Of a stretch of DNA of 64,000 bases, positions 1 to 12,840 are shown piece after piece. The DNA lies in contig OZ024747.1 of NCBI GenBank assembly GCA_964016885.1, forward strand, positions 49,476,001-49,540,000, read 5' to 3'. The translations under genes and the position numbers were made by a program. The notes under the pieces are model-generated. The model did no database searches and was not told the origin of the DNA. It saw nothing but the letters and a program-made list of their open reading frames with translations. Source of the stretch: Eledone cirrhosa. Taxonomy: Eukaryota. The first letter of the stretch is position 1. Every line of letters begins with the position of its first letter.

Positions 1-107
1 TCAGCACTAAAGTAAGGCTGCTGACCTCACAGATGTGTGTGTATGTGTGTGTGAGTGTATATATATATAATTACTTCAAGGTAGACAGGTGAAATGGAGA
101 AGAATCA

Positions 108-290
108 GTTGACATTATCAGTATCGGTAGAGGGTTGGACGCCATGCTTAGCAGCATAGAGTTACGGCCCTTTGCGATCTGAGTTCAAATCTCGCCATGG
201 TTATATTTGCCTTTCATCCTTACGCGGGTTGATAAAATAAAGTACCAGTAATGCACTGGGGTAATTGCTGGCCTTGTGCCAAAAGTACAA
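108..290 (+). mobile_element. SINE-like family B copy
   Basis: Shares core gagttcaaatc..ttgcctttcatccttacg..gataaaataaagtaccagtaatgcactggg..ggccttgtgcc with many copies in the window (9698, 22580, 27346, 46438). Confidence 0.7.
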
Positions 291-319
291 TCAATTATAT
301 GAAATAAGATAGCAAATAC

Positions 320-380
320 CTCAAGAGATCAGATTCATCCACTTCCACGAGGTCTTCAATGTGAAATGTTGAATAGTTTC
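320..380 (-). CDS. DCAF15: DCAF15 coding exon (last one visible; gene continues left of the window): (G)NYSTFHIEDLVEVDESDLL
   Basis: AG acceptor 381-382, GT donor 318-319; 61 nt, phase 1 in and phase 2 out; resembles human GIFETVSVGDLTEV (from memory). Confidence 0.8.
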
Positions 381-848
381 CTAAAATAAAAACGCCACTG
401 ATTAACTCTTTTGAAGTCAACCTGCCCAACAACACCTCTGTTAAAATATTCAACCTCAGTATATGAAAGAATGGTTTTACAAAATCCTGCCAAATCCTTG
501 ATAATATTCAAAATTAATGAAAATACATACAGAGAGAGTGCATTGTTTTGTTGGAAATATGGTCACAATAAGGTTAATACGGAAAGAATAATATCTAAAT
601 TTCATAGATTCAATATTATGTGAGGTAAAGTCTTTACCCTGAAAATACAATAGTAAATATAGAGTAATGTAGATATTATATGAGATAATTATATGAGGTA
701 AAGTCTTTATCCCCAAAATACAATAGTAAATATAGAGTAAAGTAAATGCTGAAGGGTAAAAGAAGGACCTCTAGAAGGTGGACAAAAAATTGTTGGAATA
801 TCATGATTACAAGTCAATAAAAGTTAAAAAGTAATGATCACTTGTTAA

Positions 849-1055
849 CCGTTTAGCATTTTAAAATGGCCGTGTCCGACCAGAATTATCTCCTCTTTCT
901 GTTCAAACCAGCTGTAACTGGTCACTCATATTTATGTTAAAGTATTGCTCTCAAAATAAATGATATCAAAATCTCGTAGATTCGATATTATGTAAGATAA
1001 AGTGTTTACGGTGAAAATACAATAGTAAATATAGATTAATGTAAATGCTGAAGAG
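849..1055. mobile_element. piggyBac-type MITE family A, diverged copy
   Basis: TTAA on both sides; degenerate TIR ccgtttagcatttt / taaatgctgaagag; body similar to 44788-44989. Confidence 0.7.
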
Positions 1056-1084
1056 TTAATAAAGATTATAAAAAGTGTGATTAC

Positions 1085-1143
1085 CTGTTAATAAACTCCA
1101 GTTGAAAGTGATACTGGTTTGGTAGTACTGCTTTAGGATGTTA
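1085..1143 (-). CDS. DCAF15: DCAF15 coding exon: (S)NILKQYYQTSITFNWSLLT(G)
   Basis: Canonical AG/GT ends; 59 nt, phase 2 to 1; resembles human KTYHTSLKVAWDLNTG. Confidence 0.88.
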
Positions 1144-2267
1144 CTGAAGAGAATAGAAACAGTTTGTTGATAGTTTAGAAATATTTTGGAATTGAGAACA
1201 GAATAGTGAGAATTTTATTGATGGAGGGAGACAAAGGGTAAAAGATAGCTTGAGATTTATATGGTTATTATTCTAGGGTTTAGATTCTGCAGGACAGGGT
1301 GTAGAGAGGTGTTAGAATGGGTATCTACTCATAGAAACCATACCAAACATGGAACATATGGGCAAAATGAAGTCTCTCTCTGACCTGTCTAGTCTCAGAC
1401 TATAACAACCCATCCAACCCATGTCAGCATGGAAAGTGGAGTAATGTAACTTAATATAGGACCTCCCATGTGAAGTAGGACAGATGCAGGCTTTAAAAAA
1501 TGGGTTTGGTTGTAGGTGATATACAGTTGGTACATTCAGGGAAACAGTACAAGAGATTGCAGTGAGAGTTGCTTTTATTTCTTATTAGAGGAAGGAGCAG
1601 TGTCTATTGTACATGACAGACCCTTTCAGACTAGAGAGACTGGTGCCATTGATGTTTTACCTAGGTTGTTGAAAGTAAACATAAGCCAAGAAGAATTTCA
1701 GAGAGCATAATATTCTAGGGAGGAAGGACTGAATGTAGTAGTGAGGATGGAGCTTGAAAAGGTTGAACACTATATGGCAGAAGAGATGAGTTGGGAGTAC
1801 CTGAGGAAGAGGAGGAGGAAGTAGGGTAGCCAGGAGGGAGCAGTGGTCATTGTAGCAACAATAGAAAGTCAATGGAAAGAGACATCTTTGGATGAGCGTT
1901 TCTGTGAATTTATGCCAAGAAATATTTACAAAAATATTTCTTGAGTTAAAGATGAAAAAATAAACCCCAAAGTATATTCTTCCTCATTGTTTAGTCATGA
2001 AAGGAAGGGCAGTGTCCACAACATTTTTCAGGGTCTCTAAATAAGCCAAGAAAATATCTCCAATTAAAAGTCTGGTCTAAATGCTTGCAACAGAATGGAC
2101 TCTACTGAAGACAACTAAGGAGACTAGTAGTGTTGCTAAACTAAGCAACAGATGAAGTTTACCACCCAAGTATATTTTAATAGTAGCAATAAAAGGAGTT
2201 TCTAATTAAGATTACCACTAGATTAGATAAAGAGAACATATATTGAAAGATATCTGTCCAATCTTAC

Positions 2268-2359
2268 CTTCGTTTATAAGTTTTCTTTTCATTAAAATCT
2301 TTCCTTGCCTGAACTAAAGCAAATACCTTCGCTAGAACTTCTCCACTTTCAGCATTGAC
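2268..2359 (-). CDS. DCAF15: DCAF15 coding exon: VNAESGEVLAKVFALVQARKDFNEKKTYKR
   Basis: ctag acceptor, gtaag donor; 92 nt, phase 0 to 2, fits both neighbours; resembles human VCPETNQVLINIGLLLLA. Confidence 0.85.
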
Positions 2360-2845
2360 CTAGAAGTAAGAGAAATATCTTAGAAAGAGAGAGGAGCAGG
2401 TCAGCGGCAGTATTTATAGTGCCACTACAAAAGCACCCGGACAACCTTGTAAAGTGGTAGTGCTTGTGTCAAGAGAAAATTAATCAAATAAACATTGCAA
2501 AATGGTTGGTGTAAGAAAGGGCATCCATAGAAGCCTCAAAACATACAAACTTGTCCAACTGATGCCAGCATGGAAAATAAACATAAAACGATGAGAATGA
2601 TTTTATACACTCGCAATTATCATCATTTTACCTCCAATCGTCCTGTTTGCATGTTCACCCTGTAAGGCGGTCATACTAATACCAAGACAGAGCTATGACT
2701 GCACCACATTAAAACTTAACTTTCCACTTTGGTTGGCTGCAGATTATATATATATATATATATATATAACGAAGGAAATGTGGTAAGGAACCAGGTGGAC
2801 CATAACGCACCAAAGTACTCAATACTTAGGGTAGTAGAGTGTGTA

Positions 2846-3174
<329 letters not shown>

Positions 3175-3301
3175 AAGTAATCTGAGATTTTTGAATATTA
3201 ATAATATTCCATTCATTTACAATTATACAAACACCCTCTTTTTAAGCCATGTCAGTAGAATGACCCTGTCATTCTTGCTCTTGTATTGGTATGTAAACAG
3301 A

Positions 3302-3348
3302 ACTGCAGACACTAACGTTTCTGAGTGATTACCCTTCATCAGTGTAGC
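3302..3348 (-). ncRNA. Minimal type I hammerhead ribozyme motif (Penelope-type)
   Basis: Minus strand reads GCUACA-CUGAUGA-A-GGGU-aauc-ACUC-A-GAAAC-GUUAGU-GUC^UGCAGU; core intact, helix I has one mismatch. Confidence 0.65.
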
Positions 3349-3516
3349 ATACTGGTACCTGCCAACTGTCAGAGCTAGTGAAAATATATAACATTTTCTA
3401 AAATATACAGTGACTGATCGGCCTGATTTGCATATTAGCAGACTGGCTGATCAGTCAGATCTTCATATTAGCAGATCCACTGATCAGCCAGATAAAAAAA
3501 AAATATCTATATAATA

Positions 3517-3706
3517 GACCGGGTGATGTGTTGTTTCCTTGAGCAAGACACTTTATTTCACATTGCTCCAGTTTACTCAGCTGTAGAAATGAGATGATAG
3601 GGACTGGGGTCCCTATCATTCCACTGCAAAGTGGTTGTGGAGGTGCCACGGCAAAAAAGCACCCAGTACTCACTGTAAATGAGGTTGGTGTTAGGAAGGG
3701 CATCCA
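3517..3706 (+). mobile_element. SINE family A, truncated at both ends
   Basis: Near-identical to the internal part of 4003-4345. Confidence 0.85.
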
Positions 3707-3725
3707 CATATCTAAGAACTGGCTA

Positions 3726-3778
3726 ACTGCCTGATGAGGTCATAGCCATTCAATGGCTATCGAAATATATATAGCAGT
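3726..3778 (+). ncRNA. Minimal type I hammerhead ribozyme motif, apparently intact
   Basis: ACUGC-CUGAUGA-G-guc-AUAGCCAUU-c-AAUGGCUAU-C-GAAA-UAUAUA-UA^GCAGU: perfect 5-bp helix I, full core, palindromic helix III, AUA cleavage triplet (3771-3773). Confidence 0.85.
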
Positions 3779-3882
3779 AAATGAGGTCATAGCCAATGAA
3801 TGGCTATGACCTCATCAAGCAGTTAGCCAGTTCTTAGATATGCCAGCTGTGTTTATGGTGTTGATGGTATCAGAGCCTTGGG

Positions 3883-3921
<39 letters not shown>

Positions 3922-4002
3922 TTATATATATAAATATAATATATATATATATCATCATCATTTTACGTCTGCTTTTCTCTGCTTGCAAATATATATATAT
4001 AT

Positions 4003-4345
4003 GGAGGCACATGGCTTAGTGGTTAGAGCATTGGCCTTGCAATCAAAAGGTTGTGAGTTCAATTCTCAGACCGGGTGATGTGTTGTTTCCTTGAGCAAGA
4101 CACTTTATTTCATATTGCTCCAGTTTACTCAGCTGTAGAAATGAGATGATAGGACTGGGGTCCCTATCATTCCACTGTAAAGTGGTCGTGGAGGTGCCAC
4201 AGCAAAAAAAGCACCCAGCACTCACTGTAAATGAGGTTGGTGTTAGGAAGGGCATCCAGCTGTAGAAATCAAGCCAGAATCAGTTCCCGTCCCACCTTTG
4301 CAAGCAGGGAAAAGTGGACGTAAAATGAAATGAATGAAATGAATA
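4003..4345 (+). mobile_element. Full-length tRNA-derived SINE family A with RTE-LINE-like 3' tail
   Basis: A box TGGCTTAGTGG, B box GAGTTCAATTC, core CCTTGAGCAAGACACTT, tail GGTTGGTGTTAGGAAGGGCATCCAGCTGTAGAAA shared with the RTE 3' UTR. Confidence 0.88.
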
Positions 4346-5297
4346 TAATCATCATCAACGTTTAATGTCTATCTACCACGCCAGCATGGGTTTAGACGGA
4401 AATTGTCCTACTTGAGGCAAGATTGGTCGGGTGACCATGTCTCGCTCGTATAGGGCTGTTTGGCAGGTTTTCTATGGATGCCCTTCCTAACACCAACCAC
4501 GTTTATATATATATAAATGTGGTGCCCCAGCATGGCCTCAGCCGGATGGCTGGAACAGGTAAAAGAGGTAAAAGAATATATCTAATATATTGGTTCACAA
4601 AACTTCCACTGTAAAAGGGTTGTGTAAAAGACATGGCAAAAAGCACCCAACACACACTGTAAATGTGGTTAGCGCTACGACGGGCATCTAGCTGTAGACA
4701 ACCAGCCAGAAATAGTCTTATATGAGCGAGACACAGTCACCCAACCCAAGTTCCCTCTAAATGGGACAAACCCGTCTAACTCATGCCAGCATGGAAGATA
4801 AACGTTAAATGATGATGATGATAATGATTTTCAATTTCATAAGGTGGTGCTACAACACAAAACACCCAGTCTACCCTGTAAGGTGGTCAGTCATATCAGT
4901 GCCATGACAAAAATAACATCCAGTCCACTCTGTAAGATGGTCATACTGGTACCTCAACAAAAATAACACCCAGTTCACTCTGTAAAAAGGTTCTGCTGGT
5001 ACAACAAAAGTTCCGAGTACATACTGTATTGTGGTTGGTATTAGGATATAGAAAACCAAGCCCAAGACTGATCTGTGGTCACCTGGCCTGTCATCATATG
5101 ACAACTCATCTAACCCATGGAAGCATGAAAGATGGATGTTAAATAGTGGATAATATTTTCTGCTAAACAATTGTAGGGTGCTAAGATACATATCAATGAT
5201 ATTTATAGTCATACAAAAAAATAAAGTGTACTACTTAGCCAAATAAAAAAAAAAAACAACTAAATTATTGGTTCAAAATAATTCTGAATGTACTTAC

Positions 5298-5426
5298 ATC
5301 TAGAAGCTGGAGGTCATAGTTTAGAAATGCAATATAACGGTGTCCCCATTCTGCTACTGTGTGGATGACCTCTTCTAGAAAATGTTCTATATCCAATGTC
5401 AACTGACAAACTGTGATATGATCATT
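5298..5426 (-). CDS. DCAF15: DCAF15 coding exon: NDHITVCQLTLDIEHFLEEVIHTVAEWGHRYIAFLNYDLQLLD
   Basis: 129 nt, phase 0 to 0, ctag/gtaagt; strong match to human [42 protein letters not shown]. Confidence 0.95.
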
Positions 5427-6712
5427 CTAGAATAGAAACGAGAGAAACCATGGTAGTATAGAAGATGGGAGATGGAAGGAAATATTATTTAAGAGCAGAG
5501 ATAATATAGGACTCATTAAGAAAATAGTTGGTGGGAATTAGGTGTGGTGTACAAAGAAAGAAGATTGTGCTGGTACAGACACGTGATGCATATGGATAAT
5601 CCCTGAGAAGGGGACAGTAGAAAAGGAAGAACAAGAAAAATTTGGGCAGAAGTGATGAGAGATTATTTCAGAATATTGAACGTCACAAAGAAGATGAAGA
5701 AGGAATGCAACAAGTGAGGGACAAATTGTGATGGAGAAGACTCGTTGAACCCATGCAAACATGGAAATGGTGGATGTAAAAATGGCAATCATGATATAAG
5801 AGAAGCTGTAGAGTGATATGGCAGTGAAGTCTATCCCAAGTCATCAGGCTGGAACTTATCCTAGTTTCACTGACATTAAACAACTGAGAATATAGGACTT
5901 CCCTCTGGACAGGATGCCAGTCCAACACAGAGTTACCCCCCCCCCCCCTACTGCTGCTACTCATTTTTTTCAGTTGAGTTGACTGAAGCAATGTGAAATT
6001 GCTGTGATTTTGCTTCAGAATATAACTGCCAGCCAGTCCATGAACAAACTAAGATTCTGAATGTAAGCTTAACACCTTAACCACTGGGCCATGCGTTTTC
6101 ATCAATACAAAAGTATGACAACATTTAAACGCATTATCCTGTACTCTAGTATCTTAGTAGCATTAATTATAATAGAGATGCTTGAAGTTAAGTATAAGGT
6201 ATTGACTTGGTTTGCGAAGGCACAAATTTTGCTATCATTAGAATGAAAGTTTGATTCTGAGGTCAAGTAACATGTGTCCTTGAGTAAGAGACTTTATTTT
6301 TCATTGCACCAGCCCTGGGAGAAAATGTGTAGCAGCAGCAGCAACTAGTGAGTTAAACCTGTGACAGACTAGTATCCCTCTCATGTGGCAGCCTTACACT
6401 TTCAGTCATTTAACACCAATGAAACCAAGATAAGTTCCAACTTGGTGAATCACTGAGCTTGGGACAAACTATATATTTATATATATATATATATATATAT
6501 ATCTGTGACTTTGTCTAGTTTGTGTATATGTAAATCTTTATATTTAATAATCTCCCATAAGGTTGAGATGCAATTTGGGCAATATTGGGCTGCACTTTCT
6601 AGAAACCAATCACATTGTTTCTGACTTGACCACTGCCACGTCACAACTCTTAGCCATTTTGAATTCGTGTCTGGCGGGGACCACTTTAGAAAATAATCTA
6701 TCCTAACGAGTT

Positions 6713-6794
6713 TGTCTCCTGATGAGTTCGAAGCTCGAGATTTTATCCTTAATAGGATATATCAAAATGCGAACGAAACCCGAGGGAAGGGACA
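6713..6794 (+). ncRNA. Type I hammerhead motif with long helix II insert; cleavage-site U replaced by A
   Basis: UGUCUC-CUGAUGA-GUUCG..CGAAC-GAAA-CCCGAGGG-AA-GGGACA; A6787 lies where U is required; within a ~540-bp CpG-richer insert between TA runs (about 6503-7045). Confidence 0.65.
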
Positions 6795-7084
6795 TAATCC
6801 TGGTATGTGTATAAGCATTTCTTCTAACTTTAATTTTATACCTAATTGTGTATGGTTGACGGTATATTTAATCGATTTCCACGAGCTGTTGAAATGTTGG
6901 GTAAATATTCTATGGCGGTTGGCTGCGAAGAGATTGCTGTCGTTTATTTATCTACTATTTCTTCATAGGTGACTTTTAATCTTATAGCCTGGTCTAATTG
7001 ATTTTTTGTGTGGTTAATTATGCTAATTGGGAGAGGAAATGGTGTATATATATTATCAAATGATTCTATGGACATACTTTATAG

Positions 7085-7125
<41 letters not shown>

Positions 7126-7129
7126 TTAC

Positions 7130-7230
7130 TTGGTCTGAATCCACATTAGACTTGGTAATGGACATCAATTTATGATCAGCACCTCTTACATCAAGAGGAA
7201 GAATACTGCGATATGCTAGATCAAAATCAT
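7130..7230 (-). CDS. DCAF15: DCAF15 coding exon: (D)DFDLAYRSILPLDVRGADHKLMSITKSNVDSDQ
   Basis: cag/gtaagt; 101 nt, phase 1 to 0, bridges the large exon and 5298-5426; positionally matches human EDDKISLPFVVTDLRG. Confidence 0.85.
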
Positions 7231-9697
7231 CTGGGAAGAAAAATAGAAAATATTGAACATAAAGTATTGATAAAAATCAATGCTAAAAAAAACTATAAAA
7301 CTTCTGAATGTTTAGGTAGATTATTATTGCTGTTGCTTATCCCAAACTGAGTCCAGGTAAAGCAGACCTGTAAACAAAAGTATTTCAGTCATATATTTTC
7401 AAACATAGAGCATCTAGGGGAATCTTCTAAAACTTGTTTAAGATAGTAGGGTTTGATATGGCTATGATGCTATCTTTATTATTGGAAGCTTAGATGAACT
7501 GAGGATTTTTAGCAATAAAATATCAAGAATACTTTTTTTTTTCGCTGTTTAATAGTGGCCATGATACTTTTTGCAGCCTCTGAGACTGGAAAGCTGATTT
7601 AAATGTTAGCAAGAGAATCAATTCGGCTTAGGCACCCAAAGACCAGGTGAAAGTATTAAACAGGGTAACAGATTTAGTCTACCACCCAAGTGGGTCAGAG
7701 CATGATTTGACCATAGGACGCAAACAGCAGAAACAATTTGACCAAAGATATTTTAATGTTAATAGGAACCTTTTAAAATGAGTGGTGTTGGCCAGATTGG
7801 TATCAAAAGGATCGAGCTGGTGCTTGGAGAAATAAACAGTTCTGTATTATAGAACCAAGATCAGTTTCAGCTAGTTTAGTATGAAAGGGATTAACCTCTA
7901 CAGTGACCATCTATAGTGGTACCTCTTCAACAATGGATTACAGAACATTACAATAAGAATTACAGTTGTAAAATTAAATATCATAATCTTTACACCTATA
8001 TACTCCCATTACAGAATACTGCAGTAACCTTTATACATAAAATATTTTAAGCACAACATCTGTATGATGTGGTTTATATCAACACAAATAACAGTTATTC
8101 TTAAAACCATTAAATTGTTTATGTAAACAGGTCTTTATGACAGTGATATTGCATGGAATGGGTTTAAAATGGTGCCATCATACATGTTCGCACAGACAAT
8201 AAACAGAAATAAGTGTACAAGTGTGAGAGGTTACAGAAGGCAATGTGTGATAAATAAGGTGAAGCTATTCTAAGATACACCAATAGAAGTGTCAGCAGTG
8301 AAGATCCGATGCTGAAGCAATTACCATATATATGATATGGTATGAGGAAGAGAATACAACCATAGAAAACCAAGATAAATATTGAGTGTATGAGCAAGAT
8401 GTGATCACCTGACCTGACTAACCTGTTAGGTGTTAAACAGTGATGATGATGATGAGGAGAAGGAGGGCTATGTTTAATGTTAGTGTGCATGAACAACAAA
8501 ACACGGAAGAGCTGAGAGAAAATTATGCTGGTATGGACACGTGATGCATATGAATGATCATTGAGTGAATAAGTAGAAGGAAGTTACAGAAGGGGAAGAT
8601 TAACTCAGGAAACTGAACCTCACAGAGGAGATGACAAAGGAACACAAGTGGGGAGGAGAGCTGTACTGGAGAAGACTTGTTCAATGTATGCAAATAAGGA
8701 AAAACAAACAAAATGTTTATGATGACATGTTGAAGTTCATAGTTTACCACAAAAAATTCATGAAAAACCAACATGATTTATCTAGTGCACCAATAAAACC
8801 TTGATTCAACATATATAGTAGATATGACAAACTGGATAGAGAGGTTTATTTAGTCATATCATAAACAGCCTATCTACTGATGCCATGATTAAATGTTGTC
8901 AATAAACTCTGAAAAGTAGTAGGCATTATGAAGTGTATCGGGTTATAGAAACTTTGGTAAAAGGATAGAGATGACTCTTCAGTAATGTGTAAGAAATGAC
9001 AACCTCTCTAGTGTTGGTGCCACAATAAAATATACCCAGTACATTTTGTATAGTGGTTGGCAATAGGAAGCGCTTAGAACATACTGACCTGTTTATGAGA
9101 ATGGGTCTGATAAAGTACTGACTTGGTTTGCAACAACTTGTTCAGCCCATGTCAGCATAAAAAAGCAGATATAAAAATGTTGTTGATGATGATAATAAAT
9201 GTATGCAAAATGGAGGTGTGGCTTCTACGTGAGTATGAGAATATAAGATAATCGCAGTAGCAGTTACAAACAGTTGCTGTGATAGTGAAAATAAAAAAAT
9301 AATGTCAGAACTAGTTAAATGGTCAAGTGATGAGGGAGCTTCTGGGAGTTTCAAAGATAAGCATTCAGTTGTTCCATTACCTAAACATCTAGCCTATGAA
9401 TTAATAAGTGGTCGAGTATTCCAGATATGTCTACCCTGAAATCAGCATGATTCAATATATAACAAAGCAAGGGCATTCAATTACAGATACAATCAACCCA
9501 AAAAGGTTTCTACACAGTTTCTGTCTATTCCATTTCACTTACAAGGCTTTGGTCAAAGCGAGGATATGGTAAAGACTTTCAAACCATGAAGCTCACGATT
9601 GTAAAGCAAACTTGTAAACCACACAGCTATGCCTGTGTCTAGAGTTAGTCAGGTAATCTGACTGTATGCAAATTATATTATTATCAATGTCGGTGAT

Positions 9698-9880
9698 GGC
9701 AGTGGATTGGCAGTATCGGTAGAATGTCTGACGCCATGCTTTGCAGCAAAGAGTTACGGCCCTTTATGGTCTGAGTTAAAATCCCGCCGAGGTTAACTTT
9801 GCCTTTCATCCTTACGGGGTCGATAAAATAAAGTACCAGTACACTAGGATAATTGCTGGCCTTGTGCTTATAGTAGAAAT
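9698..9880 (+). mobile_element. SINE-like family B copy
   Basis: Same core as 108-290. Confidence 0.75.
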
Positions 9881-11490
9881 CATTATCAATGTCTGACTGG
9901 CTGATAATATACTTAACTATACAAAGACGAAGGATGTGTGTTAGAGCAGAACTTTACAAAATATGTGTCATGACACATTAGTGTATCACCAATAATCTTT
10001 AGGTGTGTTGCTAAATTAAGCCACATCGGATCAATATACGTGGGTGTGAAAAGTATATTTGAGATTTGACAACTCTGTACATTTAAACAAGTAGCTGATG
10101 ACATATGGCATGATATTCAATTATCAATTTATTAATTTAATTAATTTTGTGACACTAACAAAACTTAAATGGGAGAGGGGAAAGAGAGAACCAAGTTTTG
10201 AAGACTAAAGTTTGGTTAGATAAAATTCATTTAAATCTTTGTTTATTTTCGTCAAAGTAGATAGATCTTTTAATGAAGGAAGTTAAACTGTGTCATTATC
10301 ATCATTTGACTGTAGTAGTGGAGATTTAGAAAAACTGTCCATATTAATTGCAGGCTCACTGCTGGCTGGCAAGACCAATATAGGAGATTTTATTCAGCAT
10401 AATGTTCATAAGAGTCACAGAGGGCCTCCATGAAGAGGATGGTTTCTACATCCACTTTCACACTGGGGCAACTACAGTAGTGCCACTCCAAGATACAACT
10501 CAAGAACTTCTCTTTGCCAACAATGTGGAGTTTCATGCTAGACAGAGGAGCTGATGAGCCATCAACAGAAAGGTCCCTAAACAGTGCTAAAAAAAGACAA
10601 GTTAACCTGTTTAATACCAAACAACTTCAAACCATCCCGGGTTCTATGATTCCAAACTATTTATGTTTGTTAAAAAGCCTTTCATCTTGATTTTATATGT
10701 TTCATGTATTGCAGTTTAAATAAACAGTTATTGTTACTGGCTTCAAGTGAGTGAAAGAGGGAAGAGAAAAGATGTGGGGGAAAATTGATTTGGCTAACAT
10801 ATATATTCTTTTACTTGTTTCAGTATTTAGATTACGACCATGCTGGGGATACTGCCTTGATATAGTTGATCATACCAATGCCCGTATTTCTTTTTTAACC
10901 TGAGGGCTTGTTTCACTGATTTCATTTAAATTACAGGACACACACAGCATTCCCTATCAAGACACAGGCAAATATTCATAAACAATCCCCCGCCTTCATA
11001 AACATAGAATAATGATGCATTAAAAGACCCAAGAAACCTACTGAGATGCAACCCACATATAAGGCCAGTTAAATCTACAGAGGTAGGAGCCACAAGTATT
11101 TTAAGGACATTTTCTTTGAAAAAAGAAAATATGTAGGTTGCATGCCATAGATTTATTGGGTATTTTAATCAGGAGCCACAGTCATATCAAGAAAATTAAT
11201 ATGGAATGAAGTGTCTTGCTTAAGAGCACAACTTGCTGCCCAAACCAAGAACTGAACTCACTGGCCTGTAGAACAAAAGGGAGGGAGTAAGAGGAGTGCC
11301 TGACCTGTGGCTGCCAGGCCAGTCAGGCGTTAAGAGAGAAATCTTTACAACTATCTTGCATTTATGGAGATGGTAAAATACAATTCAAAGAGGTAAGAAA
11401 GTAATTTCAGCATAGAAGAATCAAAGAAGGTTGTTAGAGTATAAGTAAATATGCCAAGTCTAACATTTAGCTAAAGAGCAAAGCATATAT

Positions 11491-12550
11491 ATCATCATCA
11501 CCGTTTTACGTCCATTCTTCCACGCTAGCATGGGTTAGATGGGTTGTCCTGTTGTGGGCAATGCCCGGTCGGCTGACCTTGTCATACTCATATGGGAACT
11601 GATTCTGGCTTGATTTCTACAGCTGGATACCAACCTCATTTACAGTAAGTGCTGGGTGCTTTTTTCCCCCGTGGCGCCTACACGTCCACTTTGCAGTGGG
11701 AGGGGGTGAGGGAATCTTGTCTATATGCTTCAGCTTAGTCTTGTACCCGTGGGGAGTCGGGTCTTCTGTATTACTGCGGGACGCCAGAGGTCATGGTCGT
11801 GTGTCATCGCCTTTGAGAGGTGCAACTGGGTAAGGTCGGCCCCTATCAACTCATCCCAGATCTTCTTGGGTCTCCCCACTCCGCGGATTCCATTGACTTC
11901 TAGTGCTCTGCACCTTTTTATGCAGCTGTCATCCTTCATACGCATCACATGTCCATACCAATGCATCCTCCTCTCCTGTACACAGCATTTGATTCCTCTT
12001 ATGCTCAGTCTCTCTCTCAGTTCATTTATGCTTTGCCGTTCGCGTATGCTACTATTACACATCCATTGGAGCACGCAGGCTTCATTTCTTTCTAATCTAC
12101 GCAAGTCTTCTACAGACAGCCCCCAGGTCTCACTACCATGTAACATTGCTGTTCGTATACACGCATCATGCAGTCTGCCTTTCATTTTGAGGGAAAAGCC
12201 TTTTGCAGCTAGCAGTAGCTCCCTGAACTTCTTCCATCCCGCTCTTACCCTAGTTATTGTACTTTCCAAACACCCACCTCCACTGTTAATTCAGTCACTG
12301 AGGTAGCAAAAGCTGCCTACTGTTTCTACAGAGCCCTCCCAGAGTTTGGTGGTGCTTGTTTCCTGTGGCCGTTTGCTGCTTGCTGTCTCAGCGCAGCTGC
12401 TACATATAAAGCCTACATTCTTAGTTAAGCTTCCTGAGACCCCACTACATCTCTTGTGTAGCCATTGTTTGCATTTGGGGCAGAGGATGGAGTTCCTACC
12501 TACACCTTTCCTACATACTGAGCAAGGCCATTTCCCTGAGGGGATCTGGG
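11491..12550 (-). mobile_element. RTE-clade LINE, 5'-truncated
   Basis: ORF 11730-12269 (GWKKFREL..MLHGSETW..WYGHVMRM..GRPKK); Cys-rich region upstream; 3' UTR ending in (GAT)n. Confidence 0.92.
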
Positions 12551-12840
12551 TTAATACTAATTAAATTCCTAATAAAGAAATTTAGTTATCAGTTACTCTA
12601 ACGCACGGGAAAGGCACCTCAATACTGTAATTTACTAGTATTTTCTTTTAGAATGATACACCCCAAAAAAGCATGGCTATGTGTTCGGCAGGTTCTATAT
12701 ATATTTAACAAGAGTGAAAATATTCCGGGTTAACCTAAGGAAGATTAGGAACTGAATATAATAGTGTAGATATGCAAAGATCCATTTAAGTGTAATTAGA
12801 GTGTGTAACTAACGAAGAAAATAATTCTATTTCTACCTAA

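Noticed and set aside
4003-4075. tRNA gene
   Set aside because: A and B boxes are the head of a multi-copy SINE; no complete cloverleaf.
12551-12597. Minus-strand hammerhead-like string GUAA-CUGAUAA-CUAA..UUAG-GAAU-UUAAUUAG-UA
   Set aside because: Two core mismatches in very AT-rich sequence; could be a relic but cannot be supported.
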